This document shows positions 40,232 to 49,383 of a stretch of 64,000 nucleotides of DNA, one piece after another. This DNA comes from an uncultured bacterium (lineage in GTDB: Bacteria; Krumholzibacteriota; Krumholzibacteriia; Krumholzibacteriales; CAZTHK01), in contig CAZTHK010000016.1 of assembly GCA_964613215.1 (NCBI GenBank), positions 3,966-67,965 on the forward strand. Reading direction: 5' to 3'. A program made the translations under genes and the position numbers. The notes beneath the pieces were generated by a model. The model did not search any database and was not told the DNA's origin. It worked only from the letters and a program-made list of their open reading frames with translations. Within the stretch, counting starts at the first letter, position 1. Each line of letters begins with the position of its first letter.

Positions 40232-40789
40232 CTGAGGGTTATTGCAGGCACAAGAAAGGGCACCAGACTCCGGGGGGTGAAGAGCCCGAATCTCAAACCC
40301 ACTACCCAGCTGGTCAAGGGTTCGCTTTTCGATACCCTCGGTGAAGTGGTAGGAGACGAGATCTTCATAGATCTGTTTGCGGGATCGGGGGGAATGGGAA
40401 TAGAGGCACTCAGCCGGGGGGCAAAGCGGGCAGTTATGGTAGAGAGTGACCGGCAGATGCTGGGAGTGATAAGGGAGAACCTCAAAACCTGCCGGTTCGG
40501 GGAGGAGGCCGAGGTAAGAAGGGAGAATGCGCTTGAGTTTCTCGGGAGGTTCATAGGTGAAAGCAAATTCGCCCATATTATATTTGCCGATCCTCCATAT
40601 TCTGGAGATTATTGCGGCAAGATAATCGAGATGGTCGGAGAGGGGGAGCAGTGTCCCTGCAGAGTGCTTATACTGGAGCACCGGGACGGGCTGAAACTGG
40701 AGGGTAGAGGCAAACTGGATAAATGGCGTACCAGGGCTTTCGGGCAGACCGCCCTTTCATATTTTTTATGTAATGATGAAAATAGATAG
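40232..40789 (+). CDS. rsmD: 16S rRNA (guanine966-N2)-methyltransferase RsmD. The 5' end is uncertain and no canonical start was found upstream of the conserved N-terminus.
   Basis: DLFAGSGGMGIEALSRGA SAM motif and FADPPY. The conserved RsmD N-terminus LRVIAGTRKGTRLRGVKSP...SLFDTLG lies upstream of the first GTG (40277) in the same frame. RBS aaagggagg at 40218-40226. Confidence 0.7.
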   Translation: MRVIAGTRKGTRLRGVKSPNLKPTTQLVKGSLFDTLGEVVGDEIFIDLFAGSGGMGIEALSRGAKRAVMVESDRQMLGVIRENLKTCRFGEEAEVRRENALEFLGRFIGESKFAHIIFADPPYSGDYCGKIIEMVGEGEQCPCRVLILEHRDGLKLEGRGKLDKWRTRAFGQTALSYFLCNDENR

Positions 40790-40862
40790 GATACTTGTTT
40801 TTTTGCTGTAGTTATTGTATTTATATATAATTATTGATAGTAATTAAGGGAGGTTCTTAAAA

Positions 40863-41345
40863 TTGAGTGAGAAAGTTGCCCTCTATCCCGGCACCTTCGA
40901 TCCAATAACCAACGGCCATATGGACCTTATCAATAGAACCACCGGAATCTTCGACAGGGTTATTGTGGCTATAGCGGCGGGCGCACACAAATCCCCCCTT
41001 CTGACCCTGGAGCAGAGAGCGGAGCTGGTGAGGGAGAGTGTGAAGGAGCTGGGGGATGTGGAAGTGGTAACCTTCGATGGCCTGCTGGTGGATGAATTCA
41101 AGTCCCGGGATGTAAGTGTTGTTATCCGGGGACTGAGGGCTGTTTCGGATTTCGAGTACGAGTTGATGATAGCATTGATGAACCGGAAGCTTAACCCCGA
41201 CTTCGAGACGGTATTCCTGATGCCCAGCGAACAGTATATCTACCTTCACAGCTCGCCTATAAAGGAGATATACAATATGGGAGGAGATATAAGCTGTCTG
41301 GTACCGCCGCCGGTGATGAAGAAGATGAAGGAGTGGAATATTTAA
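40863..41345 (+). CDS. coaD: Phosphopantetheine adenylyltransferase.
   Basis: VALYPGTFDPITNGHMDLI, 160 aa, TTG start. Confidence 0.9.
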   Translation: MSEKVALYPGTFDPITNGHMDLINRTTGIFDRVIVAIAAGAHKSPLLTLEQRAELVRESVKELGDVEVVTFDGLLVDEFKSRDVSVVIRGLRAVSDFEYELMIALMNRKLNPDFETVFLMPSEQYIYLHSSPIKEIYNMGGDISCLVPPPVMKKMKEWNI

Positions 41346-41620
41346 TATATTCCGGTAGTTATAAACCTTCGCTTATCGCCGGCATCCCCGGATGCTCTGA
41401 CTGGATATGGGAGATTTCTGCATAATCCGGTCAGCGGTATTAATGCTTGAATTCATCGGGGTAATCGAAATACGCAGAGTTATAGTTATAATTAATTAGC
41501 AGCCAGTGTGCAGCATTAAGAAATATTTTTTATTAATTGCCAGGCTTGATCAGCAAACGGCCATGATAGTTATCTGCAGTTTTCAGAATTGTTCGGATTA
41601 AATACAGAGAGGAGTAAAAA

Positions 41621-42814
41621 GTGGGGAAATCGTTAAGTAAGAGGGCAGGTTCCCTGGAACCATCGGTAACCCTTACCCTCAATACCAAAGCCAATGAGTT
41701 GAAGGAGAAGGGTGAGGATGTGGTGGGTCTGGCTGCGGGCGAGCCGGATTTTGACACTCCGGATGTGATCAAGGAGGCTGCAATTAAAGCGATCCGGGAG
41801 GGCAAGACCAACTACACCCCGGCAGCCGGTATCGCTCCCCTGCGGGAGGAGGTTGCCCGGGCCTATTCCCAGAGGCTGGGGGTTGATTATTCATCCCGGG
41901 AGGTGGTCATCTCCAACGGAGCCAAGCATTCCATCTTTGATGCCCTGTACGTGCTTACCGATCCGGGGGATGAGGTGTTGATAACCACGCCCTACTGGGT
42001 GAGCTATCCGGAGATGGTCAAGCTGGTGGGGGCCACCCCCAGGATAATCGAAACGGACAAGGAGAATGGTTATAAACTGGCTCCTGAGCAGCTGGAGGAG
42101 GAACTCTCCCGGGGCAACCCCGGGGCAATTCTTTTCAACTCGCCCAATAATCCCGCCGGGATTGTCTACAGCAGGGAGGAGATCGAGGATATCGGGCGTC
42201 TCTGCCTTGAGGCGGGGATTTCCATAATCAGCGACGAGATCTATGAATTTCTGGTGTACGGTGATCACAGGCACTATTCGCCGGTACAACTGATTGCGGA
42301 GCTGAAGGAGAGCTCTGTGGTGATCACCGGAGTGTCCAAAAGCTATGCCATGACCGGCTGGCGGATCGGATTCGGACTGGCGGAGAGAGAGGTAGCCTAT
42401 GGAATGGGCGCCTATCAGGCTCATGCTACCGGGTGCCCCAACTCCATTTCACAGTGGGCTGCCCTGACCGCCCTCAAGGAGGGTGCTCCGGACAGGGACA
42501 GGATGCGCACGGAGTTTGAGAAGAGAAGGGACATGTTCGCAGATATGCTATCCCAAATACCACAGATAGATTTTCCCATGCCGGGGGGTGCATTCTATTT
42601 CCTGGCCGATGTCTCCAGTCTGTATGAGCCCTGCGGGGTTTCGGGAAGCGCAGACTTCTGTGAAAAGCTGCTGGATGAGCGGGGACTGCTGCTTATCCCG
42701 GGAGGACCATTCGGATGCGATGACACCGTCAGGTTTTCATTCGCAGTCAGCCGGGAGGAGCTGGAGGGAGCCTTCCAGAGGTTTCAGACTTTCGTCAATG
42801 ATTATGCCGGATAA
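41621..42814 (+). CDS. Class I/II pyridoxal-phosphate aminotransferase (aspartate/aromatic type).
   Basis: The PLP-lysine motif SKSYAMTGWRIG, NPAG, ISDEIY. 397 aa, GTG start. Confidence 0.8.
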   Translation: MGKSLSKRAGSLEPSVTLTLNTKANELKEKGEDVVGLAAGEPDFDTPDVIKEAAIKAIREGKTNYTPAAGIAPLREEVARAYSQRLGVDYSSREVVISNGAKHSIFDALYVLTDPGDEVLITTPYWVSYPEMVKLVGATPRIIETDKENGYKLAPEQLEEELSRGNPGAILFNSPNNPAGIVYSREEIEDIGRLCLEAGISIISDEIYEFLVYGDHRHYSPVQLIAELKESSVVITGVSKSYAMTGWRIGFGLAEREVAYGMGAYQAHATGCPNSISQWAALTALKEGAPDRDRMRTEFEKRRDMFADMLSQIPQIDFPMPGGAFYFLADVSSLYEPCGVSGSADFCEKLLDERGLLLIPGGPFGCDDTVRFSFAVSREELEGAFQRFQTFVNDYAG

Positions 42815-43056
42815 GTGATCAGCCGCTTGAAATGAAACAGACAGCACCAGGTGATCAACCAAGGTAACCAGAATGGCGGGGTTTTGATTATCAGAACGTG
42901 GCTGAGTGGAGTCCGAACTGATGGTTTCTGCCTGAGGGGGGGGTTGTTATAGCCGGTGTTACGGCTTTTATGGTGTTTGCATTCAGGATAACCGGGTGGG
43001 GGATATCGGATCAGTGCTTACATCTGCCATCCTGCAATAGTTGAACACCGCACCAT

Positions 43057-44466
43057 ATGGGTAAATATTGGCGGTTCAAAAGTGACGTATTAATGAAAGA
43101 TACTATTTCCAGAATAAAAAGCATGGCCCGGGAGCTGAAAGATATCGGGATATTCACAGATCTCCGTTACCGGATCTCCTATTCCTACGATTCCACCGGC
43201 CTGAGGGGAGAGTGCGGGGGAGTGGCATTTCCGGAGTCTCTGGATCAGTTGGGCAGGTTGATAGGGGAATCACACCGCCGGGAGGTACCGGTGGTGGTCA
43301 GGGGAGCCGGTACCGGGTTTTCGGGGGGATCGGTTCCCCGGCGTGGAGCCCTGGTGATATCCACGGAACAGATTAACAGCGTCCTCGGCCTTTCCGCTCG
43401 ATCTCTGGAGGTTGAGGTGGAGGCGGGTATGGTGAATCAGGATCTTCAGAATCTGCTGGAGGTAAAGGGGCTTTTCTATCCCCCAGATCCGGCCAGTCTG
43501 AAGTTCTCCACCCTGGGCGGGAATGTAGCCGAAAATGCAGGCGGCCCCAGAGCATACAAGTACGGAGTAACCAGACGGTATGTCAGGGCCATTACCTGGG
43601 TATCTTCTTGTGGTGAGGTGTATACTACTCCGGCGGAAGGACTGGCTGCACTGCTGATCGGGGCAGAGGGAACCCTGGGGGCCATATACTCCATAAGACT
43701 GGCCCTGCTGGAACTTCCCCGTGCGGCCAGAACATCCCTGATTGCAGCCGGTCCGGATGAGAGGGCTCTGGAAATAGCCTCACAACTGATAAGCAGGGGA
43801 TTTGCACCGTCGGTTATGGAGTACATCGATTCCAGGACTATAAGATGTGTTACCGAATACTGTAAAATGGAGCATCTGGACAGAAACTCCAGCTATCTTT
43901 TCGTGGAGGTGGATGGTTCAGAGGGTGAAGTGGAGGAACAGCAGGTAAAGCTCGAAGATTTCTGCAGCAGTAACAGGCTGGAACGGATTACCGCCCATAA
44001 TGAAGAGGAGATGGAGGAGCTCTGGGAGGTCCGCCGTTCCATAAGTCCCAGCCTGGCCAGGAGGGGTATAACCAAGGTGAACGAAGATGTTTCCCTTCCC
44101 CTGGGAAGTTTGACCGGAGCAGTCTCGTTTATTCATGCTCAGGCGGATGAACTCGGGCTGGACTGCTACATATTCGGACACAGCGGTGACGGGAACCTGC
44201 ATGTAAATATTATGACCGACCGGAGGAAGAGGGAAGAGATGGGGCGGGTGAAGCTCTTTGTAGACAGGCTGTTTCACAGGGTGGTAGAACTTGGCGGAAC
44301 CATCAGCGGGGAGCACGGGATAGGTCTAACCAAATCGGAGTATCTGGATTTGATGTTCAGCCGGGAGGAGATGGAGATTCAGAGGGAAACAGGGGCCACT
44401 TTTGATCCCGCCGGTATTATGAATCCTTCAAAGTATTTTGATATTGCCGGAATTGAGGGGAAATAA
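43057..44466 (+). CDS. FAD-binding oxidoreductase, GlcD / D-lactate dehydrogenase family.
   Basis: FAD-binding PCMH pattern VVVRGAGTGFSGGSVP, C-terminal HGDGNLHVN and GEHGIG motifs. 469 aa. Confidence 0.75.
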   Translation: MGKYWRFKSDVLMKDTISRIKSMARELKDIGIFTDLRYRISYSYDSTGLRGECGGVAFPESLDQLGRLIGESHRREVPVVVRGAGTGFSGGSVPRRGALVISTEQINSVLGLSARSLEVEVEAGMVNQDLQNLLEVKGLFYPPDPASLKFSTLGGNVAENAGGPRAYKYGVTRRYVRAITWVSSCGEVYTTPAEGLAALLIGAEGTLGAIYSIRLALLELPRAARTSLIAAGPDERALEIASQLISRGFAPSVMEYIDSRTIRCVTEYCKMEHLDRNSSYLFVEVDGSEGEVEEQQVKLEDFCSSNRLERITAHNEEEMEELWEVRRSISPSLARRGITKVNEDVSLPLGSLTGAVSFIHAQADELGLDCYIFGHSGDGNLHVNIMTDRRKREEMGRVKLFVDRLFHRVVELGGTISGEHGIGLTKSEYLDLMFSREEMEIQRETGATFDPAGIMNPSKYFDIAGIEGK

Positions 44467-44550
44467 AGCGGGGATTATTATAAATCATGAAATTGCCCCG
44501 GCGGTTTAACAGGCTGGGGGCAGTATTTACTGAAAAGGCTGTTATTAATT

Positions 44551-45537
44551 ATGTTTGTAGACAGGGTCAGAATCAGGGTCAGGGCAGGAAAGGGCGGGGA
44601 TGGGGCAGTTAGTTTCAGGCGGCGCAAGTATATCCCCAAGGGGGGGCCGGACGGAGGTAATGGGGGTAAGGGTGGAGATGTGATCATCCGGGTGGATGAG
44701 AAGATGAAGACCCTGATCGATCTGCGGTACAAAGATACCTATGTAGCTGAAAACGGCAAACCGGGCGGGGGGGATAAGAAAACCGGCCGGAGCGGATCGG
44801 ATGTGATAGTGAGAGTTCCCCCGGGCTCTGTGGTGGAGGATCTCCAGAGCGGTGATACACTGGCGGACTTCGAAGGGGATGAAGGAAGCCTGGTAGCTGC
44901 CGGGGGAGGTAGAGGGGGAAGGGGTAATTTTACCTTCCGGTCATCCACCAATCAGGCTCCCCGTCAATTTACCAGGGGGAAGAAGGGGGAGCAGAGGGAA
45001 CTTCGGATTACTCTCAAACTGATTGCGGACGTAGGCCTGGTGGGTTTGCCCAATTCCGGTAAATCCACCCTGCTGGCTTCTCTGAGCCGAGCTCATCCTG
45101 CCATAGCTTCATATCCCTTCTCCACGGTGTATCCGGTGCTGGGAATTGTATCTGTAGATGTGGCTGCCTCTTACTGTATGGTGGATATTCCGGGGCTTAT
45201 AGAGGGGGCTCACCGGGGAAGGGGCCTGGGTCTGGAATTTCTCAGGCATGTGGAACGTTGCCGGGTGCTGCTGTTTGTGATAGATTCGGCCGGCCAGACC
45301 GAACCTGCTGATGCCTACCGCCAGCTGACGGAGGAGCTGAGCCGGTACAGCCCCGGGCTTCTGGAGAGGCCATGCTGTATTGCCCTGAATAAGATGGATC
45401 TCAAGGAAAGCAGGGAAAGAGGGATCGAACCGGGAGAAACTCACTGCAGAAGAATATTCAGAATATCCGCACTTACCGGGGAGGGGGTCAGGGAAATGTC
45501 AGGGAAGCTGTACCAGATGATCAGGGAGCAGGGATGA
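44551..45537 (+). CDS. obg: GTPase Obg/CgtA.
   Basis: Obg fold N-terminus MFVDRVRIRVRAGKGGDGAVSFRRRKYIPKGGPDGGNGGKGGDV. G-motifs GLPNSGKSTLL and DIPGLIEGA. Confidence 0.9.
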   Translation: MFVDRVRIRVRAGKGGDGAVSFRRRKYIPKGGPDGGNGGKGGDVIIRVDEKMKTLIDLRYKDTYVAENGKPGGGDKKTGRSGSDVIVRVPPGSVVEDLQSGDTLADFEGDEGSLVAAGGGRGGRGNFTFRSSTNQAPRQFTRGKKGEQRELRITLKLIADVGLVGLPNSGKSTLLASLSRAHPAIASYPFSTVYPVLGIVSVDVAASYCMVDIPGLIEGAHRGRGLGLEFLRHVERCRVLLFVIDSAGQTEPADAYRQLTEELSRYSPGLLERPCCIALNKMDLKESRERGIEPGETHCRRIFRISALTGEGVREMSGKLYQMIREQG

Positions 45538-45996
45538 TTATTACTTGATACTTATAAAAATTATCTCTTAAAAAGAAGATAATCTGCAGGTTTCGCAGTT
45601 GACTATCCCCTTATTATATGATAACATACGCCCGGTCAAGGAAGAGCAGAAGCGCATTTTATTATTTCAGGTAATTGTCAGATATTAAACTGGAAAGGGA
45701 AAGTATGGAAAATAGGCTAAAGTAGTATCATCTTTAGTTCATACATTCTATTCACCGGGAAAATTGATTTTATTTGGAGAGAAAACTCTATCTGGAGCGT
45801 TAATATCTATAGAGACAAGAGGTTAGTATAATCTGTAAGTTAAGCTGCTTATTCTAACCAAAAATATTATGAAAATGGAAAGCTGACTGGGGTCAGCATT
45901 CCAGATTTATCGTTAATTGTATGTGGTCACAAATAACGAATAGAGGGGATATGTTCGTCTCTGAATTGGGGTTACTGCCGAAAGCTCAAGGGAAGT

Positions 45997-48900
45997 ATGA
46001 ATAAAGATCCGAGAAATCCGGACAGGGGCAGTCTTTCATCGGCCAAGAGGGAACTTCTGAGGCGCAGGCTGAGGGGTAAATCAAAAAGTGTCTCTGCCCG
46101 GGGTGATATCATTCCCGGATCTGACAGGGAGAGTGCTCCCCTCTCGTCAGCTCAACAGAGATTGTGGTTCCTGGACCGGTATGAGACCGAGCAGCCGGTA
46201 TACAATCTGCCGGCGGCATACCGGATCAGAGGCGCCCTCAGGCCGGATATACTGCGGCGATGCCTGAACCATATCGCCCTCAGGCACCAGGTTCTGCGTA
46301 CCGTATTCAGACAGGTGGATGGTGAACCCCGCCAGGTTATAATGGAAGATATGGTGATAGAGATGCCGGTAGTGGATCTGAGCGGTTTTCACCCGGAGGA
46401 GAGGGAGAGGAAATCCATGGAGCTGGCTGAACAGGTAGCACAGCGGCGGTTTGACCTTTCCCGGGGCCCGCTGATAAGAGCTTCTCTGTTCAAACTGGAC
46501 CGCCGTGAATACATGCTGGTATTCTGTCTTCATCATATCATTTCGGATGGATGGTCCAATCATATCCTGATAGGCGAGCTGACCGAACTGTATGAGGCAT
46601 TCAGTGAAGGGAGGGAGCCGGAACTTCCTGAACTACCGGTTCAGTATGCTGATTTCGCCGCCTGGCAGAGAGAGAGGCTCAACCATGAGCAACTCCGTAA
46701 ACAGCTCCATTACTGGGAGGAGAAGTTGAAGGGTGCACCACCGGTTCTTCATCTTCCCACTGACACCACCAGGCCGCCGGTTCAGAGCTTCAGGGGGGAG
46801 TATCTTGAATTCGATCTGGAGGGGTACACTGCAGAAGCCCTACGGCAGCTCAGCAGGGAGGAAAATGCCACCCTGTTCATGACCCTCTTATCCGGCTTTG
46901 CTGTGCTGCTGTCCCGCTATTCCGGCCAGAAGGATCTGGTTATAGGTACCCCCATAGCCAACAGGAATCTCTATCAGGTGGAGAAACTGATCGGGTTCTT
47001 TGTCAACACTCTGGCCATAAGAGCGGATCTTACCGGTGACCCCGCTTTCCGTCAGTTAGTCGGAAGGATCAGGGAGACCGCCCTGGATGCTTTCTCACAT
47101 CAGGATATCCCCTTCGAAAGAATTGTGGAGGAGCTCAGACCGGAGAGAGACCTGAGCCGGACCCCTGTATTCCAGGTTATGTACGGTCATCAGAATATGC
47201 CGTTTCTCCAGATGGAACTGACCGGCCTGAAGATAGAATCGATAAAGATGCTCAGCTCTACAGCAAAATTCGACCTCATCATTACCACCTACAGTGATCC
47301 CCGTGGAATACATGGCTATGTTAATTACAACTCCGACCTGTTCAGCGGCACTACTGTAAAGAGGATGATTTCCCACCTTAAGAATATCCTGGTCAATGCT
47401 GCAGATAACCCTGATCTGAATATATCGCGTATTCCCATGATGACCGGGGAGGAGAAGTCCAGAATAGTATATAAATGGAATGATACAGGGGAATCAGATT
47501 ACACCGGAAAATTAATGCACCTGATGTTTGAACAGCAGGTCCGGGAGAGGCCCGGAGAAATGGCAGTGGTTTATCCCGGGGGAGAGCTGACATACCGGCA
47601 GCTTAATTCCAGGGTCAACCATCTGGCCCATTATCTCATCCGGAAGGGGGTGAAACCGGAGACCCGGGTGGGAATATGTATGGAACGTTCCCACCAGGCC
47701 CTTACCGGCCTGTTGGCGATATTAAAGTGCGGAGGCGTGTATATACCACTGGATCCATCCTATCCCTCCAGGAGGCTGAGTTTCATGATGGCTGACAGCG
47801 GGCTGAATATCATACTGACCGGTGATGAGACCGGTGAGATAGATGGAGTGGAAGGGAAGATGGTCATAAATATTGATAAGGAGTGGAAAAATATCGGCAA
47901 AGAAGATGACAGTAATCCGGATGTAAATATCAGCCCGGGCAATCTGGCTTATATAATATATACCTCCGGTTCAACCGGGCAGCCCAAAGGGGTGATGCTG
48001 ACTCACCGGGGGCTGGCCAACCTGGTATGCTGGCACCGGGATGAGTACCGGGTAAAACCGGATGACCGGGTTACCCATATGGGAAATCTCTCCTTCGATC
48101 TCTCCATCTGGGAGGTATGTCCCTGCCTGGCGGCAGGAGCTTGTATATTCATTCCCCCCGGGGAGGTAAGGTTGTCTCCAACCCGGCTGGTAGAGTGGCT
48201 GGAGAGCAGGGATATCGCCCTTTGCACCCTTCCCACCCCCATGGCGGAGGAGGTGATGGAGGAGGAGTGGCCGGGGGATATTCACCTCCGGGCGGTTTTT
48301 ACCGGTGGCGACAGGCTTACCAAGAGACCGGGGGAGGATCTGCCCTTCAGGTTGTTCAATCATTATGGCCCCACCGAGATAACTGTACTGGCAACCTCAG
48401 GAGAGGTCACTTCCCGACAGGGGGAAGGATATTCTCCTCCCTCCATAGGAAGAGCGGTGAGCAACACCGGTGTGTATATCCTGGATGAGAATATGCAGCC
48501 GGTACCACCGGGGGTGCCTGGCGAGATATGTATATCGGGTGCCGGACTGGCCAGGGGATACTGGAACCGCCCAGCTGTTACCGCTTCCAGCTTCGTGCCC
48601 CATCCCCTGAATGGAGGGGGGGGAGAGAGATTGTACCGGAGTGGGGACCGTGGCCGTTTTCTGGAGGATGGGAGCATTGAGTTCATGGGCCGGCTGGATG
48701 ATCAGATAAAGATAAGGGGTTACCGGATTGAACCATCCGGAATAGAAGTGGTACTTAATGATCATCCCGGTATCAGGGACGCTGCAGTATTGTTGAAGGA
48801 TAGCAGGAAAACCGGTGATAAGATACTGTCATGTTATGTGGTTCCCGAAGAAGGTAGCGAGCCCGGGGCGGATGAGATCCGGTCTTATCTGGGGGAACGG

Positions 48901-49383
48901 CTTCCCCGGTATATGATCCCATCTGTTTTTATAATCATGATTAATCTCCCCCTTACCGAGAATGGGAAGCTGGACCGGGATTCTCTGCCTCATCCGGATA
49001 GTGTGGAGCTGGAACGCAGCAGTGAATATGTTGCTCCCCGGGATGAACTGGAGAGAAAAATTGTCTCCCTGTGGGAAGAATTACTGCAGGTGGATAAGAT
49101 CGGAGTGGATGATAATTTCTTTGATATAGGGGGACATTCCCTTCTGCTGGTTAAGGTCAACCAGAGACTGGAAGATATGTTCAACCGGAAGATACCGGTA
49201 GTGGATATGTTCAAGTATCCCACCGTGGCGGCACTGACCCGCTACCTTTCCGGAGAGGGCGGTGGAGAGCCCGGGTTCCAATCGAGCAGGAAGAGGGGAG
49301 AGGCAAGAAGAAAATCACTCCGCAGAAGGAGTCTGCGCCGTAAGAGCAGCAGGGGCAGCAGAAGAGAGGATAAGCATGGATGA
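45997..49383 (+). CDS. Non-ribosomal peptide synthetase module: C-A-T (1128 aa).
   Basis: C domain: SSAQQRLWFLD (C1) and HHIISDGWS (C3). A domain: LAYIIYTSGSTGQPKGV, NHYGPTE, YRSGD, GRLDDQIKIRGYRIE, NGKLDR. T domain: FFDIGGHSLL. A 50-aa basic leader precedes the C domain and the C-terminal tail is basic and RS-rich. The stop overlaps the start of the next gene. Confidence 0.9.
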   Translation: MNKDPRNPDRGSLSSAKRELLRRRLRGKSKSVSARGDIIPGSDRESAPLSSAQQRLWFLDRYETEQPVYNLPAAYRIRGALRPDILRRCLNHIALRHQVLRTVFRQVDGEPRQVIMEDMVIEMPVVDLSGFHPEERERKSMELAEQVAQRRFDLSRGPLIRASLFKLDRREYMLVFCLHHIISDGWSNHILIGELTELYEAFSEGREPELPELPVQYADFAAWQRERLNHEQLRKQLHYWEEKLKGAPPVLHLPTDTTRPPVQSFRGEYLEFDLEGYTAEALRQLSREENATLFMTLLSGFAVLLSRYSGQKDLVIGTPIANRNLYQVEKLIGFFVNTLAIRADLTGDPAFRQLVGRIRETALDAFSHQDIPFERIVEELRPERDLSRTPVFQVMYGHQNMPFLQMELTGLKIESIKMLSSTAKFDLIITTYSDPRGIHGYVNYNSDLFSGTTVKRMISHLKNILVNAADNPDLNISRIPMMTGEEKSRIVYKWNDTGESDYTGKLMHLMFEQQVRERPGEMAVVYPGGELTYRQLNSRVNHLAHYLIRKGVKPETRVGICMERSHQALTGLLAILKCGGVYIPLDPSYPSRRLSFMMADSGLNIILTGDETGEIDGVEGKMVINIDKEWKNIGKEDDSNPDVNISPGNLAYIIYTSGSTGQPKGVMLTHRGLANLVCWHRDEYRVKPDDRVTHMGNLSFDLSIWEVCPCLAAGACIFIPPGEVRLSPTRLVEWLESRDIALCTLPTPMAEEVMEEEWPGDIHLRAVFTGGDRLTKRPGEDLPFRLFNHYGPTEITVLATSGEVTSRQGEGYSPPSIGRAVSNTGVYILDENMQPVPPGVPGEICISGAGLARGYWNRPAVTASSFVPHPLNGGGGERLYRSGDRGRFLEDGSIEFMGRLDDQIKIRGYRIEPSGIEVVLNDHPGIRDAAVLLKDSRKTGDKILSCYVVPEEGSEPGADEIRSYLGERLPRYMIPSVFIIMINLPLTENGKLDRDSLPHPDSVELERSSEYVAPRDELERKIVSLWEELLQVDKIGVDDNFFDIGGHSLLLVKVNQRLEDMFNRKIPVVDMFKYPTVAALTRYLSGEGGGEPGFQSSRKRGEARRKSLRRRSLRRKSSRGSRREDKHG

